From Candidatus Dormiibacterota bacterium (GTDB taxonomy: Bacteria; Chloroflexota; Dormibacteria; CF-121): 64,000 nt of DNA. Positions 8,837 to 17,336 of the stretch are shown here, in pieces; position 1 is the stretch's first letter; every line of letters begins with the position of its first letter. Below the pieces are notes generated by a model. It was not told the origin of the DNA. It searched no databases and was given only the letters and a program-made list of their open reading frames with translations. The stretch covers positions 17,783 to 81,782 of the forward strand of contig DASWBA010000135.1 in assembly GCA_036390825.1 (NCBI GenBank). The letters are read 5' to 3'. The translations under genes were made by a program, and so were the position numbers.

Positions 8837-10838
8837 GACCGCGGTTCGCCAGGTGGCGCAGGTCGCCGTCGATGCGCGCGTCGGCAGCCACAGCGGCCTC
8901 TTCGACTATGCCGTCCCGGACGAGCTGATCGGGCTGATCGAGGTCGGCCACCGGGTCAGGGTTCCGTTCGGCAAGCGATCCGTGACCGGGTTCGTCTATG
9001 CCCTGGACCAGGCGCCGGCGGTGCTGGAACTGAAACGAATCGAGGCAATGATCGATGCCGAGCCGGTGCTGCCGGCAGTCCTCGTGGAGCTGGCAGGCTC
9101 GGTCGCGTCACATTACCTCGTGCCGCTCGACGAGGTGATTCGCGCTGTTGTGCCGCCGCGGGTGCGCGCCGTCGTGCGCCGGACGGTCAAGCGCCGGCGG
9201 CAGAGCCGCATCCTCCAGAAGGCGAGCGAGGTCGCGGTGTCGCCGCGCATCCAGCTCGAGCCGGCGCAGTTGGCCGCGCGCGAGCGCATCAGTGTCGCGA
9301 TCGCCCGCCAGGAGTCGGACGTGTTCCTGTTGCACGGCGTCACCGGCAGCGGCAAGACGGAGGTCTACCTGGCGCTGCTCGACGAGGTCCTGGCGGCCGA
9401 AGGGCAGGCCCTGGTGCTGGTGCCCGAGATCGCCCTCACGCCGCAGACCGTCGGCCGCTTCGCCGCACGCTTTCCCGGCCACCTCGCCGTGCTGCACAGC
9501 GGCTTGACCGAGGCCGAACGGGCGGCGGAGTGGTGGCGGATCCGGCGCGGCGAGGCCGACATCGTGATCGGCCCGCGCGCCGCGGTCTTTGCCCCGCTGC
9601 CGCGCCTGCGCTTGATCCTGATCGATGAAGAAGAGTCGTCGGCCTTCAAACAGGAACGGATGCCCCGCTACCACGCGCCGACGGTCGCGCGTTGGCTGGC
9701 GCGGCGCACCCGCGCGGTGCTCGTGCTCGGGAGCGCGACCCCGAGCGTGGCGACCTACAGCGCCGCGCTGGCGGGCCGGGAGCATTTGCTCGAGCTGCCG
9801 CATCGCGCGCAAGGACGGGCGCTGCCGCCGGTCACCGTGGTCGACATGCGCCAGGAGCTCGGCGCCCAACACTTCAGCCCGCTGAGCCGCGAGCTCCAGG
9901 CCGCAATCGGCGGCTCGCTGGCCCGGCAGGAGCAGTCGATCTTGTTTCTCAACCGGCGAGGCCTCGCGACCTTCGTCTTGTGCCGCGACTGCGGGGCGGT
10001 ACGCGAGTGTCCGCACTGCAGCGTGGCCCTCGTGTATCACGCCAGCCTCAACCGGCTGCAGTGTCACTACTGCGGCAGCAGCGAGCCGATGCCGCGGCGC
10101 TGCCCCGCCTGCGGGAGCCGCTTCATCAAGAGTTTCGGCATCGGCACCGAGCGCATCGAGCACGAGGTGCGGACGCTGTTTCCGGCCGCCCGGGTGCTGC
10201 GGCTCGACCGCGATGTGATGAAAACGGCGGATGCCGCGGACCTCGTCTTCGACCGCATGGTCTCGGGTGAGGCCGACATCCTGGTCGGCACCCAGGTGGT
10301 GGCGAAAGGCCTCGACCTTCCGCGCGTCACAACCGTTGGCGTGGTCAATGCCGACACCGGCCTGCACTTCCCGGATTACCGCTCCTCCGAGCGAACCTTC
10401 AGCCTGCTGACCCAGGTCGCCGGCCGGGCCGGGCGTGGCACGGGCGCGTCGCAGGTGTTGATCCAGACCTACACGCCCGAGCATCCGGCCATTCGCCACG
10501 CCCGGTATCACGACTACCGTGGCTTCTACCGCGAGGAGCTCGAGGTCCGACGCGCCTATCGATTTCCGCCCTTCGGCGAGCTGATCGTGGCGACCTACGG
10601 GCACCGCGACGAAGCCCGCGCCGAGCTCGAGGCGAAAACGGCCGCCGAACATCTGCGTGCTACAATCGCGCTGCTCAATTTGGGCGACATCGAGGTCCTC
10701 GGACCCTCTCCCGCGTTCGTCTACCGCCTCAAGGACGAATTCCGTTTCGAGGTGACCCTCAAAGGGAACGATCTGCACCGCGCGGCGGACGGCTTACCGC
10801 GCGGGCGAGGCTGGAGCCTCGACGTCGACCCGATGTAA
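8802..10838 (+). CDS. priA: Primosomal protein N' (replication restart helicase PriA)
   Basis: 678 aa. Walker A GVTGSGKTEVYL, DEEE box, Cys-rich zinc-binding insert (CRDCG...CPHC...CHYCG...CPACG), helicase C-terminus. Confidence 0.85.
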   Translation: MPLMPVATAAPETAVRQVAQVAVDARVGSHSGLFDYAVPDELIGLIEVGHRVRVPFGKRSVTGFVYALDQAPAVLELKRIEAMIDAEPVLPAVLVELAGSVASHYLVPLDEVIRAVVPPRVRAVVRRTVKRRRQSRILQKASEVAVSPRIQLEPAQLAARERISVAIARQESDVFLLHGVTGSGKTEVYLALLDEVLAAEGQALVLVPEIALTPQTVGRFAARFPGHLAVLHSGLTEAERAAEWWRIRRGEADIVIGPRAAVFAPLPRLRLILIDEEESSAFKQERMPRYHAPTVARWLARRTRAVLVLGSATPSVATYSAALAGREHLLELPHRAQGRALPPVTVVDMRQELGAQHFSPLSRELQAAIGGSLARQEQSILFLNRRGLATFVLCRDCGAVRECPHCSVALVYHASLNRLQCHYCGSSEPMPRRCPACGSRFIKSFGIGTERIEHEVRTLFPAARVLRLDRDVMKTADAADLVFDRMVSGEADILVGTQVVAKGLDLPRVTTVGVVNADTGLHFPDYRSSERTFSLLTQVAGRAGRGTGASQVLIQTYTPEHPAIRHARYHDYRGFYREELEVRRAYRFPPFGELIVATYGHRDEARAELEAKTAAEHLRATIALLNLGDIEVLGPSPAFVYRLKDEFRFEVTLKGNDLHRAADGLPRGRGWSLDVDPM

Positions 10839-10848
10839 GTTACAGACC

Positions 10849-11352
10849 ATGGCCATCCTTCCAATCTTGACCCAGGAAGCGCCGATCCTTCGCCAGAAGG
10901 CGAAGCGGGTCGCGCGCGTCGACAGCAGCATCCGGCGCCTGATCGACGACATGGTGGACACCATGGTCGCCGCGCCTGGCGTCGGGTTGGCGGCGCCTCA
11001 GGTTGGCGTCGGCTTGCGGGTGGTGGTGATCAAGACCGACACCAACCTGCACACCCTGGTCAACCCGGAGATGGTGAAGTGGGAGGGTGAGCAGATCGGC
11101 CTCGAAGGGTGCCTCTCCGTGCCGGGCTACGTCGGTGAGGTGAAACGGTACATGCAGGTGGTGGCGCGGGGGCTGAACCGCCAGGGCAAGCCGGTCAAGG
11201 TCAAGGGCGATGCCCTGCTGGCGCGTGCCATTCAGCATGAGATCGACCACCTCGACGGCATTCTGTTCACGGACCGGTTGACCAGTCTCGACACCCTGCG
11301 CAAGGTCGAGCCGCAGGAGGAGGAGAGGGAAGCGGAACTCGTCGGCGCCTAA
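10849..11352 (+). CDS. def: Peptide deformylase
   Basis: 167 aa. GVGLAAPQVG, EGCLSVPG and HEIDHLDG motifs. Confidence 0.92.
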   Translation: MAILPILTQEAPILRQKAKRVARVDSSIRRLIDDMVDTMVAAPGVGLAAPQVGVGLRVVVIKTDTNLHTLVNPEMVKWEGEQIGLEGCLSVPGYVGEVKRYMQVVARGLNRQGKPVKVKGDALLARAIQHEIDHLDGILFTDRLTSLDTLRKVEPQEEEREAELVGA

Positions 11353-11440
11353 GCTGCGCATCGTCTTCGCCGGGACCGCCGCCTTTGGCCAGCCGACGCT
11401 GCATCAGCTTCGGGATGCCGGCCACGACATCGCCCTGGTT

Positions 11441-12226
11441 GTGACGCAGCCTGACCGGGTCGCGGGGCGTGGACTCAGGTTGCTGGAATCGGCGACCAAG
11501 CGGCTCGCCCTGGAGCTCGGCCTGGATGTCTTTCAGCCCGAACGGATCAAGGATGCAGCGGCGCAAGCTCGGATTCGCGAGGTAGGCGCCGACGTCATGA
11601 TCGTGGTGGCGTACGGGCAGATCCTTCCGGCGAGCCTGCTCGGTGCGCCGCGACTGGGGACGCTGAACGTCCACGCCTCGCTGCTGCCTCGGCACCGTGG
11701 CCCGGCGCCCATCGAATGGTCCATTCTCAGTGGCGATTCGGAGACTGGCGTCACCATCATGCAAATGGACGCGGGCGTCGACACCGGCCCGATTCTGGCG
11801 CAGGCCCGCGTGCCGCTGGGCCCCGACGCGACCGCCGGTCCACTCGAAGGCCAGCTCGCCAGCCTGGGCGCCCAGTTGATAGTCGCAACCCTCGACGAGC
11901 TGCAGCGCGGGGCGATCACGCTGGTGCCCCAACCCACCGAGGGAGCGACGCATGCGCCGCGGCTCACCTCGGAGGATGGCAAGCTTAAGCCGGCCACCAT
12001 GTCCGCCTCGGAAATCGATCGTCGCGTGCGCGCGTTGAGCGAGCGGCTCGGCTGCTGGATGACGCTCAAGGGGGTCGAGCTGAAGGTGATCCGCGGGCAT
12101 CTCGACGGTGCCACAGGGGACGGCATCCCGGTGCCAACCGCCGACGGCATCTACGTGGTCGACGAGGTCCAACCGCCGGGTGGCCGGCGGATGACGGCGG
12201 CCGCCTGGGCGCGAGGGCGGCGCTGA
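11441..12226 (+). CDS. fmt: Methionyl-tRNA formyltransferase; the real N-terminus (KLRIVFAGTAAFGQPTLHQL...) starts about 11354 with no ATG/GTG/TTG
   Basis: Full alignment to Fmt, including the LRIVFAGT N-terminal Rossmann strand encoded at 11354-11440 (frame continuous from the nucleotide after the def TAA). Only a near-cognate CTG at 11354 or ATC at 11360 is available. The tracker start 11441 is an internal GTG. Confidence 0.85.
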   Translation: MTQPDRVAGRGLRLLESATKRLALELGLDVFQPERIKDAAAQARIREVGADVMIVVAYGQILPASLLGAPRLGTLNVHASLLPRHRGPAPIEWSILSGDSETGVTIMQMDAGVDTGPILAQARVPLGPDATAGPLEGQLASLGAQLIVATLDELQRGAITLVPQPTEGATHAPRLTSEDGKLKPATMSASEIDRRVRALSERLGCWMTLKGVELKVIRGHLDGATGDGIPVPTADGIYVVDEVQPPGGRRMTAAAWARGRR

Positions 12227-12696
12227 TGGGCAAGAAGAAGCGTGACGTCGACACCACGATCGCCAGCAACCGGGCGGCGTTCCATAACTACTTCATCCTC
12301 GAGTCGGTCGAGGCCGGCATCCAGTTGGTCGGCACCGAAATCAAGTCGCTGCGTGAGGGCGGCGCCAACCTGCGCGAGGGTTACGTTCGATTTGGTGGGG
12401 GAGAGGCGTACCTCGTCAACGTGCACATCAGTCCCTACGTACGGGGACAGAGCAGCAACCACGAATCCAAGCGCGAGCGCAAGTTGCTCTTGCACCGGGC
12501 GGAAATCATCCGCCTGGAGATCACGCTCAAGCAGAAGGGCTTGACGCTGGTGCCGCTTCGCCTCTACTGGAAGGGGAACCGCGTCAAGCTGGAGATCGGT
12601 TTGGCCAAGGGCAAGCGCCAGTACGACAAGCGGGAAACGATCGCGGCTCGGGATGCGCGCCGGGAGATGGACCGGGCGGTCAGAACGCGGGTTTAG
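12226..12696 (+). CDS. smpB: SsrA-binding protein SmpB
   Basis: 156 aa. AFHNYFILE...GTEIKSLR...YLVNVHISPY motifs typical of SmpB; tmRNA gene lies 320 nt downstream. Confidence 0.9.
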   Translation: MGKKKRDVDTTIASNRAAFHNYFILESVEAGIQLVGTEIKSLREGGANLREGYVRFGGGEAYLVNVHISPYVRGQSSNHESKRERKLLLHRAEIIRLEITLKQKGLTLVPLRLYWKGNRVKLEIGLAKGKRQYDKRETIAARDARREMDRAVRTRV

Positions 12697-12866
12697 GCGC
12701 CGACGCCGCCGGAGATATTGCAGTACATGTTCTGCGCCTGGTTGCCGATGAGCATGACGATGATGATGAGGACGACGACCACCAGGCAGAGGATCAGCGA
12801 GTACTCGACCAGTGACTGTCCGGTCTCATCGTCGAGCGGTCTGAACGCACGCCACAAAGCCGCCAT
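12693..12866 (-). CDS. flp: Flp/Fap-family type IVb prepilin (Tad-pilus major pilin-like), 57 aa
   Basis: MAALWRAFRPLDDETG/QSLVEYSLILCLVVVVLIIIVMLIGNQ...: canonical G/xxxVEY prepilin-peptidase (TadV) motif followed by a hydrophobic helix. Locally AT-richer codons. The longer tracker ORF to 13073 runs into the tmRNA gene and is rejected. Confidence 0.6.
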   Translation of the reverse strand: MAALWRAFRPLDDETGQSLVEYSLILCLVVVVLIIIVMLIGNQAQNMYCNISGGVGA

Positions 12867-12941
12867 GCGGAAAGCGTGAACCACCCGGATAATGACCCGA
12901 CTAACGCCCCGCCGCCGGCTCCCGTCCAGCCGGCCTGCCCG

Positions 12942-12990
12942 CTTACGAAAAATTTCGTAGGTTTCTGCACACCGCGGGCCGGGGTAAAAT
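12942..12990 (+). promoter_or_regulatory. Putative ssrA promoter region with an AT-rich palindrome
   Basis: Palindrome CTTACGAAAAATTTCGTAGG at 12942-12961, then -35-like TTTCTG and a 17-nt spacer to TAAAAT at 12985-12990. The mature tmRNA 5' end lies 22 nt downstream (processed precursor). The same GTAAAATAGCC 11-mer precedes tRNA-Thr at 29349-29359. Confidence 0.4.
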
Positions 12991-13012
12991 AGCCTTGCTC
13001 CGACTGACTGGC

Positions 13013-13379
13013 GGGGGCGCCAGGTCTCGACGGGGTAGTGGTCTGCAAGATGGCGGGCCGTGTCGCCGAGCACGTAAAAGCGGCAAGGCTATAAACGCCA
13101 ATCGTCAACTGGCTTACGCTGCGTAAGTAGCGTAGTCAACCGGGGATTTATCCCCGGCGCCGGCCCGCTCTCGGTCAGCAGGAGCGGTGTCCGGCGTAAA
13201 CTCCGCTGACTCGCTTTCGGCGGGCGTCGCGGCCGCCGGAGGGACTTCCTACCGCGACTGGCTCGGGCGGATCCGGTCCCAGGGGAGACGCCAGGGTGAG
13301 ATCAAATCCGGGACTACGCTCGTAGATGTCTTGCGGGACGCTGCTTCGGACGCGAGTTCGATTCTCGCCGCCTCCACCA
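13013..13379 (+). ncRNA. ssrA: tmRNA (SsrA); predicted tag (A)ANRQLAYAA
   Basis: 5' GGGGGCG...GGUCUCGACGGGG pairs with 3' CGCCUCCACCA (acceptor stem with one G-U). T-arm GGACGCGAGTTCGATTCTCGCC. Internal tag ORF GCC AAU CGU CAA CUG GCU UAC GCU GCG UAA after the ...GCUAUAAAC resume context. 367 nt, immediately downstream of smpB. Confidence 0.88.
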
Positions 13380-13390
13380 GCCGGCCGGAG

Positions 13391-13425
13391 AACCCCCACC
13401 CTGCCCCTCGCCGTGAGGGCAGGGA
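13391..13425 (+). repeat. REP-like palindromic element, copy C (minus orientation); likely bidirectional terminator for ssrA and the convergent lipoprotein gene
   Basis: CCCCCACCCTGCCCCTCGCCGTGAGGGCAGGG: a perfect stem of about 10 bp. It is the reverse complement of the element family at 17336, 26622 and 47768. Confidence 0.7.
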
Positions 13426-13434
13426 ACATCGGTG

Positions 13435-13998
13435 CTAGCTCGAGGGGAAAGAAAAACTCTCCAGCACCTGCTGGAAGGCGGTGTCGTTGCCGCCGCCAGG
13501 CGCCTCCTCGAGCTCGAAGGTGTTGGTCTGGTGCTCGAAGACCACGATGACCGCGCCGTTGGCCGGACCGGAATCCGCGACCGCGATCCGGTCGGCGCTG
13601 ATGCCCGCCACCGTCGTCTGGGTGATCTGATTCCCGCCGGTCAGACTGGCTTCGGCCTGATCTTTGGGCCCAGTGACCACCCGGATCTCGATCGGCGGCA
13701 TAAACGTACCCGACGCCGGGACGTGGGCGGGCACGGCCGAGGGAGTCCCGAAGACGACGACGCTCACGGCACCGCCGGAGCCAGGCTCGGCGGTGTAATC
13801 GCGGGCGGTCCAGCCGTTCGGGAAGCACAGATGGTATCCGAGCGTTGGGTGCTGGAATCCTTGACCGCTCTTGCAGCCGACCGATGAATAGACGCTGGCT
13901 TGCAGGGGTGGCGCGGCGCCCGTGTCCTCGCCGCACCCCGCGAGCAGGGTGGCGGCGAGCAAGCTGAACAGTACCCCCAGGGAGCGGCTGCTGGCCAC
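13435..13998 (-). CDS. Secreted lipoprotein of unknown function
   Basis: 187 aa. Signal peptide with lipobox LLAGC; no recognisable catalytic motif. Confidence 0.6.
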   Translation of the reverse strand: MASSRSLGVLFSLLAATLLAGCGEDTGAAPPLQASVYSSVGCKSGQGFQHPTLGYHLCFPNGWTARDYTAEPGSGGAVSVVVFGTPSAVPAHVPASGTFMPPIEIRVVTGPKDQAEASLTGGNQITQTTVAGISADRIAVADSGPANGAVIVVFEHQTNTFELEEAPGGGNDTAFQQVLESFSFPSS

Positions 13999-14041
13999 CG
14001 GGGAAGCGTACAGGAAACGATGTCAGTGCGGACCGCGGCGC

Positions 14042-14911
14042 TTAGTGAAAGATCGCGGTCGCCAGCCACCAGCTGGCGAGCACGCCGACGACCGCCGGAA
14101 CGATGCCGCCGAAGCGGGTGAGGAGAGCGACGATCTGCGCCGGGATCAACCAGAAGACGGACACCGGGTCGGCCTTGAGGACCCCCACGCGCGCCTGCTC
14201 CGCAACCGGGCCCGCTTCTTCATAGGACGGCAGCGCATGCGCGGCGAAGGACAATCCGAGCCAGAGCTGCACGCCGGTCATCCAGGTGGTGGGCAGTTGC
14301 AAAACGGTGCGCGGCGCGAGTGCGGGGGCCAGGCACAGAACCGCGAGCAGGAACAAAACGAGCGTCGGGATGTACGCGATCGAGATCGCTGTCCCCAGCC
14401 ATGGCGGGGCTTCGTACACGGTGTAGCCCGCCGGGTCGTCGACGACAAAATACGTGACCTCGTCGATGGCGAGGCCGGCGCGGTGCGCGACCGCGAACTG
14501 GATCGCCGTGCGCAGCACCACCGCCGGGAAGCCGAACAGATGGATGGTGCGAGCGATCAGCAGCGGGAAGGCGCGAATCAGGCTGATGCGGGCGGTGGCC
14601 TTGGCAAGCCGCAGCGTGTAAGGCGCTCCACGCATGACCGCGACGCGAGCAACGCGGCCGCCGCGGTTCACGGCCACCCTGGCGACCGAGCCCAGCTGCC
14701 CGGCTCCAGACTTCAGCACCGGCGTTGCCGCAGCGCGCCAGCGCGCCCAGGGGATGGCGCGAAGTCGGGTCAACAGCTGGTCGTACAGGGATGGCGGCAG
14801 CTCGGCCTTGGGTCGCGCCGCCACCCAGGCTGGCGTGCCCGCCGAGACGGGCGGCGTGGCCGGCGCCTCGAAGGGAAGGTCTTCCTGGATCGGGTCGACC
14901 GCGCCGCTCAT
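14042..14911 (-). CDS. Integral membrane protein of unknown function (about 289 aa, N-terminal soluble region then multiple TMs)
   Basis: ATG at 14911..14909 overlaps the TGA of the upstream TPR gene (ATGA coupling); hydrophobic segments from about residue 110 onward. The tracker ORF extends spuriously upstream. Confidence 0.5.
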   Translation of the reverse strand: MSGAVDPIQEDLPFEAPATPPVSAGTPAWVAARPKAELPPSLYDQLLTRLRAIPWARWRAAATPVLKSGAGQLGSVARVAVNRGGRVARVAVMRGAPYTLRLAKATARISLIRAFPLLIARTIHLFGFPAVVLRTAIQFAVAHRAGLAIDEVTYFVVDDPAGYTVYEAPPWLGTAISIAYIPTLVLFLLAVLCLAPALAPRTVLQLPTTWMTGVQLWLGLSFAAHALPSYEEAGPVAEQARVGVLKADPVSVFWLIPAQIVALLTRFGGIVPAVVGVLASWWLATAIFH

Positions 14912-15879
14912 TTGGCCGTCACCTTTGGCGGGGCATTGGCCGCCTTGATCTTGGCGAGCAGCGCCAGCTGGTCGGAGGAAGTGTCGAGAGTGACCGCGGG
15001 ATCGTAGCTTCGGGCCGTGTACCAGGCGCTGAGCCCGGCCTTGGTGTCCTTGTCGAGCAGGAAGCAGTACGCCTCGTACGCCCAGACCTTGGGTGAGTTC
15101 GGCACCGACTCCACCGCCTGTTCCATTTCGGCGGCGCAGCCGGGATAGTCCTGGGTCACCAGCCGTGCCTTGCCGTCCTGGTAATGCCGCATGCCACTCC
15201 ATGCTCCCGGAAGGCCAGCCGCCGCCATCAAGCTGAGCGCCAGCGTGCCACCCAGTACGCAAAGCACCCAGCCGGGCATGTCGGGCAAGCCGCCGCGCGC
15301 CCGGCGGATCGGTTGGAGGGCTGCTTCGTACCGGAGCAGCCGATCGGCGATCTCCGCATCCGCGATCTCCGGCAGCGCCGGCCGGCGCAGTCGCTTGGCG
15401 TCTCGCAGCAGCATCACCGCGCCGGTCACGTCGCCGGCCGCGTAACGCAGGTCGGCCTTGAAGACCAGGGCATCGCGCGCAGACGGGTCGCCGCGCAAGG
15501 CGCGATCGAGGTAGTCTTCGGCGACCGCGGTTTCCCGCTTCCAGTAGGCGATCATCCCCAGGCCCAGCAGCGCGGCGGCGTTTTTCGGTTCGCGGGCGAG
15601 CACGGTCTCATACTCGGTGGTCGCCCCGACAAAGTCGGAAATCCGGATACGGGCCAGGCCAAGCAGGCTGCGGGCATCGGTGAAGTCCGGATGGACCTCG
15701 ACGATCTTGGCGAGCAGCGTGACCGCCGGCTGGGGGTCCTGGGCGCCCACGAACGCATAGGCGAGGTAATAGGCCGCATAGGCGTCGTCTGGACGCTTGC
15801 GAACCTCGGCGGCCAGCAGTGGCAGAGCGCCTTCGAAGTCATGCCGGCGGATCAACGCCAGGCCATCATTGATCGACAT
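14908..15879 (-). CDS. TPR-repeat protein with single TM and C-terminal extracytoplasmic domain
   Basis: 323 aa. N-terminal TPR-like helical repeats (AYYLAYAF..., LGLGMIAYW...), a TM segment (WVLCVLGGTLALSLMAAAGL), then a C-terminal domain. Confidence 0.65.
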   Translation of the reverse strand: MSINDGLALIRRHDFEGALPLLAAEVRKRPDDAYAAYYLAYAFVGAQDPQPAVTLLAKIVEVHPDFTDARSLLGLARIRISDFVGATTEYETVLAREPKNAAALLGLGMIAYWKRETAVAEDYLDRALRGDPSARDALVFKADLRYAAGDVTGAVMLLRDAKRLRRPALPEIADAEIADRLLRYEAALQPIRRARGGLPDMPGWVLCVLGGTLALSLMAAAGLPGAWSGMRHYQDGKARLVTQDYPGCAAEMEQAVESVPNSPKVWAYEAYCFLLDKDTKAGLSAWYTARSYDPAVTLDTSSDQLALLAKIKAANAPPKVTAK

Positions 15880-15942
15880 GTCCGGTGCCTAGCCCGAGTA
15901 ACGCCTGAGTTCAGGCGTGCTTGCGGACAAGGGGGAGGCGGC

Positions 15943-16152
15943 CTAGGCCGCTTTATCGATCCAGCGTTCGGCGATGAACGCCAGGAAGGCGCGGTCGAAG
16001 TCGAGACCCTGCAGCTTGGTGGTGGCCGGCCAGGCCGAACGCACTTCTGACTGCAGCCGGCGGTACTCTTCCAGGTCGAGACCCTGGGCGAACTCCCAGG
16101 CCCGGGCGGCGAGCTCGGCGTTCAGGGGCTTCATCAGATTTCTCCTACTCAC
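15943..16152 (-). CDS. Small hypothetical protein (69 aa), first gene of the minus-strand operon
   Basis: Intact ORF with balanced composition on the same strand as the TPR gene, 63 nt upstream of it; no recognised motif. Confidence 0.35.
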   Translation of the reverse strand: MSRRNLMKPLNAELAARAWEFAQGLDLEEYRRLQSEVRSAWPATTKLQGLDFDRAFLAFIAERWIDKAA

Positions 16153-16247
16153 TACAACGTTCCAACCCGGCAGAAGGATTCATATCGCGTTGTGTCACGC
16201 TACGTGCAAAATCGCAAGACGCACTGGGTGATCGCGTCAATCGTGGC

Positions 16248-17336
16248 ATGCGAGGGTTGGGCCTGAGAGCCGCGATCATCATTCTCGGCGCCGGCGTGAT
16301 GATGGCCGTGCCTACGCTGATGGTGCTGCGAAGCAATCCGACCGCCTCGATCGCCCCAACGACCAGCTATCCCGCCCCGTCCGCGGGCGACGATGGCGAC
16401 CTCCAGGCGCGGCGCGCTACGCGGATCGCGCTCGGCAAGGCGACACCGACGGCGCCGTTGGCGCCGGCGGCGAGCGCGGCCGTCCCGGTCAGCGGACCGG
16501 CAGCCGAACCGCCAGTCGCCGCGGCCATTCCGTCCTTCGCCCATGTCTTCGTGATCGTCATGGAAAACCACGAGTACAACAGCGTGATCGGTAATCCAGC
16601 CGCTCCTTACACCAACGGCCTCGTTAACAGCTATGGCCTGGCGACCAACTATTACGGGGCATCCCATCCGAGCCTGCCCAACTACCTCGCGCTCACCGCC
16701 GGCAGCACGTTCGGGATCGCCAGCGACTGCACGACCTGCTTCGTCAGCGCGACCAACATCGCGGACCAGGTGGAGGGGAGCGGTCGATCGTGGAAGGCGT
16801 ACATGGAGGACATGCCGGTGCCGTGCTACAAGGGGGCTTCGTCAGGCAACTATGCGATGAAGCACAACCCGTTCATGTACTACAACGACATCCGCAGCAA
16901 CGCAGCACGATGCGCCGCCCACATCGCGCCCTTCACCCAGTTTTGGGTCGACATGAACAGCGGCCGCGTGCCCGACTTCGTGTGGATTACGCCGAACATG
17001 TGCGACGACACGCACGACTGTCCGGTCGGCACCGGCGATGCCTGGCTGCGTACCGTCGTGCCCGCGATCACCGGCTCGGCTGCCTTCCGCAACAATGGGG
17101 TGCTGTTCATCACCTGGGATGAGGGCTCGAGCAACGCCGCTTGCTGCAGCGGCAGCTGGGGCGGACACGTCGCCACCCTGGTGATCGCCCCCAACGCGAT
17201 CAGCGGCTTCCGCTCGGGCGTCGCCGAGAATCACTACGGCCTGCTGCGCACCATCGAAGACGGCTTCCGCCTCAGCCACCTGGGCGCCGCTGGATGGGCG
17301 AGCAATCTCCCTTTGCGCGAATACTTCCGAAACTAG
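16248..17336 (+). CDS. Phosphoesterase family protein (PLC/AcpA-like), secreted
   Basis: 362 aa. N-terminal signal/TM; motifs VMENHEYN..., HPSLPNYLALTAGST, ITPNMCDDTHD typical of the phosphoesterase (PF04185) family. Confidence 0.7.
   Translation: MRGLGLRAAIIILGAGVMMAVPTLMVLRSNPTASIAPTTSYPAPSAGDDGDLQARRATRIALGKATPTAPLAPAASAAVPVSGPAAEPPVAAAIPSFAHVFVIVMENHEYNSVIGNPAAPYTNGLVNSYGLATNYYGASHPSLPNYLALTAGSTFGIASDCTTCFVSATNIADQVEGSGRSWKAYMEDMPVPCYKGASSGNYAMKHNPFMYYNDIRSNAARCAAHIAPFTQFWVDMNSGRVPDFVWITPNMCDDTHDCPVGTGDAWLRTVVPAITGSAAFRNNGVLFITWDEGSSNAACCSGSWGGHVATLVIAPNAISGFRSGVAENHYGLLRTIEDGFRLSHLGAAGWASNLPLREYFRN

Noticed and set aside
12693-13073. 126-aa version of the Flp ORF extending upstream to 13073
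   Set aside because: The extension overlaps the 5' end of the tmRNA gene (13013-) and its promoter. The Flp homology begins only at the internal ATG (12866), giving a 57-aa prepilin of typical size.
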